DNA of 63,861 nucleotides, the filler included, from Rhabdomonas costata (taxonomy: Eukaryota): NCBI GenBank assembly GCA_019059605.1. It is 40 parts of 40 records of this genome, joined end to end, with 100 filler letters (N's around TTAATTAATTAA, not from the genome) between each part and the next. Parts side by side here need not be neighbours in the genome. Positions count along the whole stretch, not along the records: positions 11,249 to 12,754 come from JAHMHO010014260.1; positions 12,855 to 14,360 come from JAHMHO010014261.1; positions 14,461 to 15,966 come from JAHMHO010014262.1; positions 16,067 to 17,572 come from JAHMHO010014263.1; positions 17,673 to 19,178 come from JAHMHO010014264.1; positions 19,279 to 20,784 come from JAHMHO010014265.1; positions 20,885 to 22,390 come from JAHMHO010014266.1; positions 22,491 to 23,996 come from JAHMHO010014267.1; 32 more parts are not named here. One strand, 5' to 3'. Shown here in pieces: positions 12,721-25,751 of this stretch (within the stretch, counting starts at the first letter, position 1; each line of letters opens with the position of its first letter). The notes beneath the pieces were generated by a model. That model ran no database searches, was not told the origin of the DNA, and worked only from the letters and a program-made list of their open reading frames with translations. Made by a program: the position numbers and the translations under genes.

Positions 12721-15700
12721 CCAGTCCACCCAAACCACCAACCACACCCAACACNNNNNNNNNNNNNNNNNNNNNNNNNNNNNNNNNNNNNNNNNNNNTT
12801 AATTAATTAANNNNNNNNNNNNNNNNNNNNNNNNNNNNNNNNNNNNNNNNNNNNCTCTCTTCTGCAATGCTGCTGTATCCCTCCAGCGCTGTTTTCCCAT
12901 CGCAGCTGAACCCAAGTTGGAAAGGTTTTCAAATGTACACGGATGCGTTGCGGGCGCGATATCGGGACATCTCACTCAATCATGCAAGCGTGCGAGGCGA
13001 CAAAAAAGAACAAAAGGGAATATCAGTGAAGCAAGGCGAAAAAAAAATGATTTTACTTAGTATTAATTCACTCTGTTTCAACTGATAGAGAGCTTTGTTG
13101 GATCCGCAGAATTCTACCTTTTAAGTTTTCCTCCGTTGTACGAATCAGGCAACTGCCAGCGCGCCCAACACACACACACACACATACGCACACAGGTTCT
13201 ACCGCAAGGAAGCGGTAAAGGTTGAGCTTGACCGCATCGTTGCCAGCATCCGGGAGGCCACTCTTCATGTGATTAATGCTCTGATGCGCTGGAAGGTGCG
13301 GAAAGGGGTTAAGGTCGAGGGGGTTGGGGGCGGTTTTTGAGTGAGATTGGCACTGCATTGCTGTGCTAGTTTAGGTCATTCAGGTTGCTGTGCGCCGCTC
13401 AGCTGTTCCTCTTAGCAATTGAAAATCTGTAACGGAAACGGTACGAATGTGTGCAGCGTGTATGACTGTAGTGCTCTCTGCCTGATATCATGTCTCGCTT
13501 GGCTTTGGGCGCACCAATTGACACCTCCAATTCGCAGGCCTGCCTAAACCGGAGCCTGGGATTTCAGTACAAGGACTCCACCAGCTACTGCCAGAAAATG
13601 TTCTCTGATCTTCAGGCGTGTGTGCGCGCGCGCGTATCGATTTATTGCAAGTCTCTTTGACGTTTCTCAGGTGACGTTGATTGTTGACGGGGGGCCATTC
13701 CTGACGAAAGCATCTGGTCCAGAGTGTTATCGTTATTGGTGATATAGAGTTCGCCGATAAAGACCTTGTACGTACTTGTCATGTGCAACGTTTTCGAAGT
13801 TGCGCGGGTGCAGATGTGAACATCCTGTCTCTCCTGTTTTGTGTTTTCTCCCTCCCTCCATCCCATCTTTAAGACAAGAGCATGCGACAACGCGCCTTGG
13901 ATGCATGATAAATTGCTATGTTGAGATTATTGATTACAAGCATCGGTACCGACCTGTAAGGAGTCAATTTCAGCTCCGCAATCAGCTGGTGGAAAAGGGT
14001 TGTTGAGTATGGGTGTGGGCGGATTGGCAGTTCATCAAGGATACCCCCTTGGCGATCATAATGGGCATCAGCGTGGTCAACAACCCTCTGCTGCTGTCCC
14101 CAAAGCTGACCCTGGTGCTGGGCGAGGTCTCCCCCCCCCCGCACAAAACACAAGGTTAAGAGCCGCAGCAGATGTGCATCTCGTCGCTTGGGGACTGGTT
14201 AGTGGTGGTTTCCGTGGTTGGCATTTTCTGCATCCATTAATGCTGTCGATTCACGGACAGGTACGCGTGATGGCCTTCCGTTAGCACCATGTCGGATATT
14301 TCGCGTACCTGTCCGTGAATCGACAGCATTAATGGATGCAGAAAATGCCAACCACAAACANNNNNNNNNNNNNNNNNNNNNNNNNNNNNNNNNNNNNNNN
14401 NNNNTTAATTAATTAANNNNNNNNNNNNNNNNNNNNNNNNNNNNNNNNNNNNNNNNNNNNGGTGTTTTTTTTTGCAGCCTTTCTTCTTTCAGTATCCATT
14501 TGGAGAGTGTTTGAAAATTCACGAGTCTGCTTGATGTAAGTTATCCTTTTTTAGTGGAGACAGGACTCTTTTGTATAGAATTCAAGCCGAGCCGCGACAA
14601 GATTTGCTCCGCGTATGCCAGACGCCTTGCCTAACGTTTCCCGATCTTCCCAATGTTTAAGTGGAACTTCGTCGTTCCGCTTCGCTTTGGGGTTGTCCCC
14701 TTTTCTGTTATCCGGCACCAGTGCAATGGTGTTTTAAACTTTGTGCCTTTCTCTTTTCATTGTAAACCAGATAAAACCTGCTGGAGATTCCTCATTAGTA
14801 GATAACGGTGATTCCAAATATACGATTCTCTCGTTTGTCGCTCTGGTGTGCAGGGCTTGTGTACTTTGTTTTTTTTGCCTTTTACCATCCTTAGCCTCGA
14901 AAAAAAAACAGCGCACCTTAGTTATCTCAGCGCCCCCAATTCACATAATGGCTTGCCCCTGGGCCACCGATGCTGACAATGGGAGCGCCCCGGCTTCCTT
15001 TGGACGCCGCAGGGCTTCACTTTCCAAAGGTTTGTGGTGCTTCGGACCCAAAGCGGAGAAGGATCATATACGGCCCGTCAGTGCCGTAGACCCGTTTTTT
15101 CGCTTCTGTGAGAAAAAGAATATGTTGTTGGTGCTTTTCATTCCTTTTTCCATTACTGCTTTGGCATTGTGTTGTCGTGTTTTGGGTTTCTTCCAGAACG
15201 CTTTTTTTTGAAGGCAGTGATTGCTTCATCCGTATTTTGCTTCTGTGAATTGTTTTTTGCTTGATTATGTTGATCCCCAGACATCTTATACTGCACCAAA
15301 CAAACTTTTCGTGACTTTCAATGCAAAAAATCCGAAATCCTTGATGAGTTTGTTTGGTATTTGTGATGTGCCAGATTTGGATTTCGACTCTTCACACATT
15401 TCCCGCCGATGCCATCATTATTTTCTTGGGTGGGCATCTGAACCCACCTCCTGAACACAAACAGGCGGAGAATAATAAACGGATGTCGCCTCTGGAAAAA
15501 CCCGTGAGAAACTGAATGATAACTTGACCTCGTGTAAGGCCTTGGTTGGATGTCCCCCAGGGGGTGGGTACCCGAATCTATGCACATCTTTCATTTAATC
15601 TAACCTAGCCTTGTTATCCAAAGGATCCTCCGAATTTATTCGTCACCGTTAACTTTGCTGTTGAGTCCCGTGATGGTCTCACTGACTGCTTTTTAGGCTG

Positions 15701-18129
15701 TACTTCCAAATGCGTACCAGCCAGGAAGCTAACATCTCCAATCATTGAGAAGGGGCATCCGCCATATGGATAACCCTGCCTTATCGGATTTTCCCCATTG
15801 GACGGTTTGTAACGAACGTAAGGCCCCCTTTATCTCCTTTTTTTTTTGTCCCTTTGGCTCCTGGCGCTTGATGAATAGGGAGATGCTTCCCATCTACCGA
15901 CTGCTCCCGGCAGTTGAGGTAACCATGACTCCCCATCCGCATCGACGGCCAGGGTGACCCAACACANNNNNNNNNNNNNNNNNNNNNNNNNNNNNNNNNN
16001 NNNNNNNNNNTTAATTAATTAANNNNNNNNNNNNNNNNNNNNNNNNNNNNNNNNNNNNNNNNNNNNGGTGTGGGGTGGCTTCTAGGAGAGACGCGCGGGC
16101 AGACGAAAGAAACAGGCGCACGGAGGCGCAGGGAAGGGCACCGGTCCCGGAGTTGTGGGCCACACCGGGCTGGTACCGGCACCGGCCGCCCTTTCATGCG
16201 CCGACGGCTTGTGTTTATCACATGGTTCCGGAATTGTACGCGAGTTTGCGCGCATCAAGGCTATTCTGGCCAATTGCTCGGACTTTGGCTAGGGAGGGGA
16301 AAGCCCTGATTTATGGCCAGTCCTCTGCAAACAGTGGCGCCGGGCGGGCGACGACCCCATGCGAGACCATTATCTTCTCCTCCGGAACCGTGGGTCCATA
16401 ATCCCACAGAGGCCAAATAAATATAAAGACAAAATAGTGTAAGATTTAACGTGCAAGTCGCGCCCATAGGTAGCGGACCCAAACCAAAGCAGACGGCCGT
16501 GAGATACTGAACTCCAACACCTACAAAACCTCGCATACCGTCAACACAAAAACTGGTAACATCCCGTCCCAATCTTCTTGGTGCATCAGGGCTGCTTCAG
16601 TACTTGTGTTTCAACCCACTCAGAGCTCAAAATGGCATTGCACCAACCACAGCCATGTTCATAGCCCAAACGTTGTCCGACGCGAAGCAACAAGGTACAC
16701 GTGTACATCTCCTTCAGTGAGGCCTTTCGACTTTGCACCACATGACGCATATTGTATCCAGCGTGCTAATTTCAGAGTAGTTTTCATCGAAAAGCCAACA
16801 ATCCAATTTCCAATAACGTCATTCAAAATCCTAAACATCATCGTCCTCATCCACCACCACCTCTTCTCCTTGGCGAGAGCTCTGGTTGCTGCTTCCTTTC
16901 TCTGAGGAGGATTCCGTGTCTGGGTAGTCGTTTGCAGGGTTGTCGGAGGCGTTGGAGTCCCACTCCGCTTCCAAGCAACCTTCAGTATGTCCAGTTCCGT
17001 CATCACGATCAACCACAAGGTCCTCTGTGACGAGCTCCACAACAGGCAAATTATCATCCTCATCATCGTCTGAGAGGAAGACATTGATCTATCGCACATT
17101 GGGGGTGGCGACATAACAACGGTATTTTGTGTTCCCAATTCCCAAGGGTCTCCAAAATGCTCTCCAAAGCTTCGGCCAATACCGAAGCTGCTCGGCCCCC
17201 CATTCCCTCGCACCATCGATTTGGATAGTTTTCATTGATTTTCAGGTCCAGAGACACTGAACCAGTGAATACCAAATTCAGTCTCTTGAGGGAAAACGAG
17301 AAAAGCATGGAAACAGTCCGTAGTTCAGAAAAAATCGTACCGGGGCTCGAATTGCTTCCCCCCATGGACGCAGAGTGCGGGATCACGAAAAGTATGCTAC
17401 AGGCAGGAACCTGGCTCAGAATCTATTGGAAGAATATGTGGGCGTCAAGAACTTTGCCAAAGGTTTACCTGCGTTCCAACGACTGTTGCTTCAAAATCAC
17501 CGCATAAGGGTTCGCTTTACAAGCTCACCCATGCATTCACATGTATTTGAGATGCTAATGCGACCAAACACCNNNNNNNNNNNNNNNNNNNNNNNNNNNN
17601 NNNNNNNNNNNNNNNNTTAATTAATTAANNNNNNNNNNNNNNNNNNNNNNNNNNNNNNNNNNNNNNNNNNNNTGTGGGTCTTCTGCCTCACCGCCACGCT
17701 TCGCCAAACTTGGAGGGGGACTTGGGTGAAATGGGCCGCCTGCTGTCCAGTAGCAATTTCAATGCTACTCTACCTCCAAAATGTCCTCTTACCTCCTTCC
17801 TCCTCTTTGGCTTTCCAAAGAGATCGGCGGCACAACCACAATCACACCCAAAACGTCCACACAGATTGTCCCAAAACCCCGCAGAAACACACCAAACCAC
17901 CTGCACTTCTGTGATACAAGAAAAAGTGGCAACCTCTTGGATTCCTGGCGCACACTCCTTTTTTGTTGGTCTGGTTTTCCTTCCTCGCTACTCTCCCTGC
18001 TTCTTTCTTGATATTTTTGCTTGTTCTGGAACTCCAGCTGGTCGGAGGCCTTGCTATTGATAGGCTTCTTTGTCTCTGCTCTCGATCTCCTCCGGGATCC
18101 TTCTGAAAACAAACTGGGATAAAACTCTC

Positions 18130-18730
18130 CCCTCAAACCTCGCTCGATGGAATGCTTTGATGCCACCCACCTCTTGATCTCATCAGCTGTCATCTCTTGG
18201 TATCATCCGCTCTGGAATCCACGCCTTCCCTCGCTGCACTCGTCCTCACTTGCATCCTTCGCTTCCCTTCTCTATCATGACATTGACTCTCTTTTTCTCT
18301 TCTGGACTGCTCCATCCTTCTCTAGCCACACCTCCACGACTTCTATCTCTTGACACACCTATGTGATCTGGGCCGTGACACACTCCTCTGCTCTGGAGGA
18401 AGAGAACCAACGGTTTTCTTCCCCTCACTGCCTCAGTCTTGTGCTTCCACTCTCCTTCTGATACACTCTACGGCCATCGTCTACACAATTACACGATGCC
18501 TTGCCTCCGCGCTTCTCTCCGGTGAAACACCAGTGACTCCTGTCTTGGTTTTATTCCACAACACAATCCACGCTTCCCCCTTTTTGATCTTCATCTTCCG
18601 TCATAAACCTCAGTATTCTCGGTCCATCCAACAACGGTCCATACTCTGCCTTGTCCAACGCATACAAAGCATAGAACATGACCTTCAAAGCGCTACAGTA
18701 GTCCGACTTCTGGTCCAACTCCTCGCACAA
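18130..18730 (-). mobile_element. Possible highly decayed tyrosine-recombinase (DIRS/Ngaro/Crypton-like) remnant
   Basis: Broken frames give ALKVMFYAL, WIVLWNKTKTG and GRRG...MTADEIKRW in the expected order for YR boxes; many stops and frameshifts; strong purine skew on the minus strand. Confidence 0.25.
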
Positions 18731-19278
18731 TCAGGGTACTAAGTTCTCACTCTTACTTCACGCCTTCTCCACTCCAACCACATCTCCTAACTCCGCTATC
18801 TGACATGAAACTGCTTGATAGCTTGATAACCTCTTGCAAAGCCTCGCTCAGCTGCACTCTTCCCCCACAACGCCACTGTGCTCGACATCCACACACTCAA
18901 AGCTTGCGCAGTTAGTCATCACACACACAATCAGCACTTACACACTGACATGAGCTCTTTACTACACCACGTTCTTGCCTCCACACGGAGATGAACTGCA
19001 CTGGGTATCCTCTTTGCCAGCAACTCCTGAAGAAGATACAAGAAGGAAATGTCTCTTCAGCTCGCTTTTAAGAAAGGAATGAAATCGACTGCTCCGCAAC
19101 CACCCCTCCGGCTCAACTCTGAAGATCCTTCTGCTGCACAGCTTCAGACTCTCTGGCTCCGTAAATTCTCAACCCACANNNNNNNNNNNNNNNNNNNNNN
19201 NNNNNNNNNNNNNNNNNNNNNNTTAATTAATTAANNNNNNNNNNNNNNNNNNNNNNNNNNNNNNNNNNNNNNNNNNNN

Positions 19279-20524
19279 GCTGTACTGGGGAACTGCTACC
19301 TCTCACAATTCATTGCGGCCTCCAGCGTGCGGCCGGAGCTCCTGCAGGGCTCACTGAAGGCCTACTCGCAGGCCTTCGCCCATGGCCAGGACACGGACCC
19401 GGACCTGCACTACAATCGCGCCGTGGTATCCAGGTTTGTGTATATGCAGAATACTCACTCTGGGCGAGCGCAGAGACCTCGAATCCTTCGAAACGCAATC
19501 GAATGCCCCATTGAGTTTTTTATGGCAAAATTGATCACTTTTCTTTACAATCATAAAAATGCGTCAAAAAATCCGTGTAAAAGAATCGCAAAATCCTGGA
19601 TTCCCGAAAAGCACACCTCTACTTTATGTTGTTTATGTTTCCCCACGTTTTAATTTGCTTTGTTTTTACTTTGCTCACATCGGGAAAAAATCATCGTAGC
19701 CAAACACCGCCTGCTGCACGGCGTATCCTCACACACATACCATGTGACCTGCCCGCTTTCTCTGGGCATAGGTATCTTCTTCAGTACCAGGCCGCCTTCG
19801 AGGGCTTTCTTAGGGCCTACACGCTGGACCCGACCTTGTCCGAGGCACGCTCGGCAACACTTGCGCTGAGGTATGCTGTCAGGGAGCAACTGTTGGTGGG
19901 TGCTGCTCATTGTGTTTCTCCCTTTCCGTCAACTATTCCCCCCTAACGAGTGTGTAGTGCCCAGCTCACGGGTTGCGCCGTCTGGATTTTGTTTCTGGTT
20001 GGAGATATTGATATTGGACTGCCGATGGCCGCAAAGGAAGGACGGTATAAAATCTTGTGTACTTTCACCACCTATGTGCCGCCACTTCACAATGGGTGCT
20101 ACAGAAAGTGAAAGTTGGAAGACAGCAATAATCCAGCCGAAGGGAACAGCCCCTGGGAATCGCCTCCTTCCCTTCCCAAACTCGACAGCAGTAGTGCGGC
20201 CGAGGTGTCAGTGCCGTACTATTGCTCTCTCCCTCCGTGGCCAAACACCCATCGCCCCATTATTTAGAGTTTAGTTTTTATTAAAAGGTCATAAGAGTTT
20301 TGCCACATGACATACCAGGGATGAGAAGGACCCCGAAAACTCTCTTTTGGTGACGTACACGCTCTTCCTCACTTCTTTCTGTATTCACTGCTGAAATTCC
20401 TTGCAGGGCGACGCTGGACCAGATTCGGGGTGGCCTCAGCGGACTGCAGGCGTTTCCCCGGAGAAAGCTGGAGAAGCAGCTCGCCACTCTTCCCGAGCCT
20501 GGCTCCACCATTTCCGTCGGAAAG
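19279..20524 (+). CDS. TTC5: TTC5 (Strap) TPR protein, exons 19279-19433, 19772-19870, 20407-about 20524
   Basis: VLGNCYLSQF...SLKAYSQA...DPDLHYNRAVVSR|YLLQYQAAFEGFLRAYTLDP matches the recalled TTC5 ILGNSYLS...NPDLHLNRA...EGFSRAAALDP. Confidence 0.85.
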
Positions 20525-21596
20525 GCATGCATGATAGGAATGTTATTTCATGTGCCTGCGCACTAATTGTACGCGTGGCATACATTTGTGAACGAGCATA
20601 GTAACCACGATGCCAAATTCCTGTTAATAAACGGGCATGTCAAGTAACCCCGCATATTCGAGTCGCGGAGCCCAATGATGAGGGTTTCCACGGAAAGTTT
20701 TCAGCCCTCAAAGTCACCTCAAAATACTACATCCAAGCTTAGGGGCGTACAGCTGGCACTCTTCAGGGCAACCTCCCCACACAANNNNNNNNNNNNNNNN
20801 NNNNNNNNNNNNNNNNNNNNNNNNNNNNTTAATTAATTAANNNNNNNNNNNNNNNNNNNNNNNNNNNNNNNNNNNNNNNNNNNNGGGTTGTGTAACTTTT
20901 TCCCTTCTTGACCTTGTGCGCGCTTGGGGCAGTACTGGGCAGCATATGAAAGTAATGCGTTTTGCCGTGCATCTTGGTAAGGAAGGAATTTGTGCTGAGT
21001 TGAACTCAAGGGGCTACCACCACAGCTTTTTCCCATCAGAACAGTGACCACGGTAATTCGCGAGTTAGTCGTTGACTTTCCTCTTTTTTACTTCTCTGTG
21101 ATGTCTTCTGGGCCTGTGTTTGATGCCTTGACCTGCAGGCCCAGGATCCGCGCGGCCGCTCTCCCAGCGTGCGTTTGTTACGGAGAAGGGGGCAGAGGAC
21201 GAGCCGGCACCGACAGAGGGTGCATCGGCGATTGTAGCTAGTGAAGGTGAAGTGCGGTGCTGCTTTGTGAGTAACCGGAATTCCAGCAATATGTCCGCGT
21301 TTGTTATCTGCGGCCTTTAAGGTCTGTATGTGCATGTGCATCTGTACCTTTACAGATGAAGCTGACTGACGAATTCCCGAAATGGTATTTGAGCACGGGA
21401 TGTTGGTGGGCTTTGAAGTTCAGAAATTTGCTGTTAGTGTATTATTAAATGCAATCGCAGAAATAAACAAAATATCTCTCGCTGTGGGCGAGGTGTTGCG
21501 GCGTTCTTAAAAATTGCTGTCCGCACTGACCTTTTTGAGCGCCAGTATTTTCGTTTTTCACAGCATATACATTTTGCCTTGTGCACGCGCTCGCAG

Positions 21597-21730
21597 CTCC
21601 TGAGGACTCGACCCGTACCCGGGCCTTTGACTATGTCACTGCCCTAGGAGAGGCCGCGGGCGTGTGGCCAAGTGCTGAGCTGAGGTCCCAGCAACTCATG
21701 GATGGTGAGCTGATATCGATGGACGAGCAG
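21597..21730 (+). CDS. Isolated internal exon of an unknown gene
   Basis: cgcAG...GTAATT boundaries and open frame APEDSTRTRAFDYV...SMDEQ. Confidence 0.3.
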
Positions 21731-23465
21731 GTAATTCCTATCACCACCACCACCACGCACGCACGCACGCATGCACACACACCTCCTTTGTAACTGTGTA
21801 CTGCTGTCACGAATGAAGGTTTGTGGTAAGAACATGCTGTTCTAAGACGGCAACCGAAGCAACCAACCACTTTTCAAACAATATGGAAGGGAATGAGGTT
21901 TTTGGGTGTGCAATCAAGGATTTAACAAACATCAACCTCCGTGAAAGCAGTTTTATGCTGGAGCTGCTTTCTTGCTTCTGCTGCGGGCAATAAGCCTTAT
22001 TGAACCAGAAGAAGCTTACGGACGCTTCCCTTTCGAAGAAACTCTTTCAGCTGTGACTTCCAACGGAAAGGGCTGGTGATGCTGGTACCCGTAGAATGCA
22101 TGTGGAATGCCTTCATTTGGTTTTGCGTGTGTTTTCCTTAGGTTCAGTTTGAAACGATTCTCGCCGCGGAGGGCCGAGAGCGTGGCCGCGTCCCGCTGCT
22201 TCCGGAGCTGTCCCGAAGGCTCTCCTCAACCAAGCTCGCCGCGGAGCTGTCCTCTCGTGTGTGGCGCGCACGAACGGATAAGTTCGAGGGGGGGCGCTTT
22301 GGGTATCTGCTGAGAAAGGGGTGGTCAGTTCAGATCCAGAGCAGCGAGAAGTGAGGTGGGGAAGGTTGCTTTGGTGATCCCAAACAAAACNNNNNNNNNN
22401 NNNNNNNNNNNNNNNNNNNNNNNNNNNNNNNNNNTTAATTAATTAANNNNNNNNNNNNNNNNNNNNNNNNNNNNNNNNNNNNNNNNNNNNTTTTGGGTGT
22501 GGTTTGAACTTGCCCCTTCATCGGGCCCCCTGGAACCTCACGAATAGTGGGAGAGCCTACTGGGTCCTGGGTCTTGGGAAGGTGCAGGACCACTCATTTC
22601 GGCTCGAAACGTGACGAGATTTGATGGGCGAGATGCCTCATGGTCACTTCCGGACCAGAGCATGTTAGACCTCAGAAAAGAAGCCCGGGCCCCAGTTGTG
22701 GCGTTGTGGCGTTGGGGTTAATACTAATTAATAGTGCTTATTTGGTGCAATGGTTATTCTTTGGCTTTTTGCTTGGCTCGGAACATTATCTACAGCCCTG
22801 ACCAGGCCTCGTTTCTACAACATGGAGGATACGCATATGGAACACGCATATGGAGGATACACATTTGCTTGATGGCACTGCTTGATGGCAGTAGTGCCGC
22901 AATAAAACTTCGGAAGTTCTATGTCCTTCGTCCCGAAAAGTTGGACTGGTGGTAAATGATATGGTGCGACACTCGCACGAGTATAGTTACAGCTGGGAGG
23001 ATCAGTTTTTCCCTAAACCCATCCTCCCGCTTTCTCTTCACAACACCACGGCTTTGAAAAGTGGTTAAAATCCCCTGCGTCCACTGCAGTCTGGGCTTTC
23101 CACACAGACTCATTCCCGCCATGCCATAATACGGCCCCTTACGCCCCCACTCCTGTTGCTTCTCCACCCCTCTGCATTGACCGCGAGACCTGTGGGTGCG
23201 CTCCTATGGTGGGGCCTTACCTCACATACCCCCACAGAGTTTCAGATCACCAAAGGCCCCTCGCTGCGTTGGCGCACGTCATTCCGTCCTGCAAACCCTC
23301 GCTGTCCTTTCCTTCATTCCATTTTTCTGGCTGCACTCAACGTCGGACAACATGTCACGCGGAACTTCTGCTTAAATCATCTTTTGGGACTTATACTTCC
23401 ATGCACTTTCTCTCTGTGCCTCTGTCTTTTTCTGTTTACGTGGTGTGTCGATGTATGCCGTGTAG

Positions 23466-23565
23466 GATTCCGAAGGGACAACCTGCCCTCCATGTTGCCG
23501 TCGTCAGCAGCAGAACGGAGGCCGTGGATGCCCTACTGGAAGCGGGAACCAGCGCTTCCATTGCG
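23466..23565 (+). CDS. Ankyrin-repeat exon
   Basis: GQPALHVAVVSSRTEAVDALLEAG fits the ankyrin consensus; AG/GT bounded. Confidence 0.7.
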
Positions 23566-24237
23566 GTACTTTGTTTGTGTTTGTGTTTGCAGCCTGACTC
23601 CCTTAGCATGGAGCATAGGGTGGGTTGTGTCCTCGCATCTTCGCAAGACTTCCCCACCCCCTTTCTCATCTGTGTATGTCACCGCTGCATAGTCGATTCC
23701 CTGCAGCACATCAATCCCAACAGTCCACACAGATGTTCTCAGTATACAACTTTTTTGCGATGGTTCCCTTCAGAGCTCGATTGTATATACATGGCATACC
23801 TCGGAATCCCGGCCCAGGGAAGTTCAGTGAGAAACCAGAAGGAATCACTGAAAGCGACCACTTTTAATGCACAGTAGGAGTGAAAAAATGGGTCAGCGTC
23901 TCAAGGGTTTCTACGTATCTGCACAGACGAGAAGTCTCCCTAACCCTAAGAAAGTTGCTGCCCCACCCCCGCACGTGCATGGCGCCACCACCCCCCNNNN
24001 NNNNNNNNNNNNNNNNNNNNNNNNNNNNNNNNNNNNNNNNTTAATTAATTAANNNNNNNNNNNNNNNNNNNNNNNNNNNNNNNNNNNNNNNNNNNNAATT
24101 GAAAAATGGGATGGTGACTAAGATGAAGTGGGAAAATCCCGTTTTCCGGGGAACGGTTGGCGGTATCACAATGCAACAAGAGGGAGGTTATGCGAGGAAG
24201 CGCTCTGTGGATATGTGGGATGGGGGGCTGTGCGCAG

Positions 24238-24420
24238 GGGCAGTGGGAAAAGCGGCGGTTCACGGGGCAGCCCGTGGGCAACCTCTTCGCGTCGATGCGG
24301 CATGCTCTACCGGACATGCTTGTGGCGAACTCCGGGGCACACGCCTTTCACCTCCCCGGGATGGAGCTGGAGCTGCCCACCGCAGCGGCTGTGCAGAACT
24401 ATGCCGTCAACCTCACTCGG
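24238..24420 (+). CDS. Exon of an SGNH-like (PC-esterase/TBL-type) acyl esterase or transferase
   Basis: PDMLVANSGAH resembles the PDVlvlNsGxH block; a possible later exon (CFLWKANN, about 25515) resembles the following strand motif. Confidence 0.45.
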
Positions 24421-25751
24421 GTGAGAACCTGTGGGTGCATACGGGGGGATAGCTCAGCGGCGAGCGCCGGGAAATGCCTCCTCTATCGATAAACCAGTGG
24501 CCCATCGTTGAAGGAAACAGGACCCTGTCGGTTTTGGTAACGTTACCTTCCCCTCCTCCGCCAAATTGGCGATGCGCACTTTGATGATTCAAAGGCAGGG
24601 GGTTCTGTGGCGATGTTAGAGATACGAAGCGATGCAATTCCGGAGGGGGGAGAACCCCCCCCCCCCCGGCAACATGCCCGGGGTTAGGAGGCCGTGCAGG
24701 TTACAAAGGAAGCATGTGGTTGTGGGAAACTAGGGAGGTGGATCCCAGGGGGTGGGGATGCAGCTACTTGCCTCCGTCCGAGATGGGGTGGGGTGCATTA
24801 TCGTGATGATTGTCTCTGTCCCGGTTATATTTCCAAGAGACGTGCCGGCCCAGTGACCCAGCGTTGACAGCGGAATGTATGTTGACAAGGGCGAATCGAG
24901 GTGCCGATAAAAGCATCCTTTTCGCTTCGTCTTGGTACTTAAATTGGGGAGAGGGGGTGGTCTGTTCTTCTGACCTTAGAATAGGTATGCGTAGTTTTGG
25001 TGTTCACTTTCGCAGTTTATTGAGCTGATCCAAAAGCGCTACCTGGGGAGCTCCGGTGGCGACAGAGCAGAGGTTTTTGCCTTCCTTGTCTCCCACTGTC
25101 CATCCACACACGTATATTAATATATACAGTCGGGTGTACCCCGGGAAGTCCCTAAATTATATCCCTGAAGTTATTTTCCGAGGATTTCGCCTCCAGCATT
25201 GGGCCCATTCGCCGTCTCTTCGGGGTTGCTGTGAACCTTCAAACCATCACCTCCGGGAAGCCGAAGGTTGTCACAGGTTGGAAACAGTCAGGATGTTACT
25301 GAAGAGTGGGAAAAAACACATGCTTGAGGGTCTCCATCTGTCCACTGCTCAGCAAATCTCAAAAATCGATCGAGTCGAAGTGGAATGGCTGGGAGGGGGA
25401 GGGGGGAGGGTTGCTTTTTTTTTTTTTTTGACTGAAGCATTATGTTGTCAACATGGACAGTTTTCTGGTGCAAGTGAGCACCACACCGAGGGAGTGTCCC
25501 CGCGGCAACCCCGGTGCTTCCTCTGGAAGGCCAACAACGTGCCCCCAACGCACCGCTGCCCCAACCACCATTTCCCAATCATACCGTAAGATACTCGTTT
25601 CNNNNNNNNNNNNNNNNNNNNNNNNNNNNNNNNNNNNNNNNNNNNTTAATTAATTAANNNNNNNNNNNNNNNNNNNNNNNNNNNNNNNNNNNNNNNNNNN
25701 NGGTGTGGGGGTGGGATTTTTGCCTACTGTTTGATGTTTGCCTCCTTCCAG

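Noticed and set aside
13539-14125. Candidate exons (ACLNRSLGFQY...KMFSDLQ; FIKDTPLAIIMG...) with a faint cullin-like look
   Set aside because: I could not join them into a consistent stop-free frame, and the similarity is too weak.
14214-14355. Perfect 54-bp inverted repeat, possible pre-miRNA
   Set aside because: Third contig-terminal perfect fold-back, best explained as an artefact.
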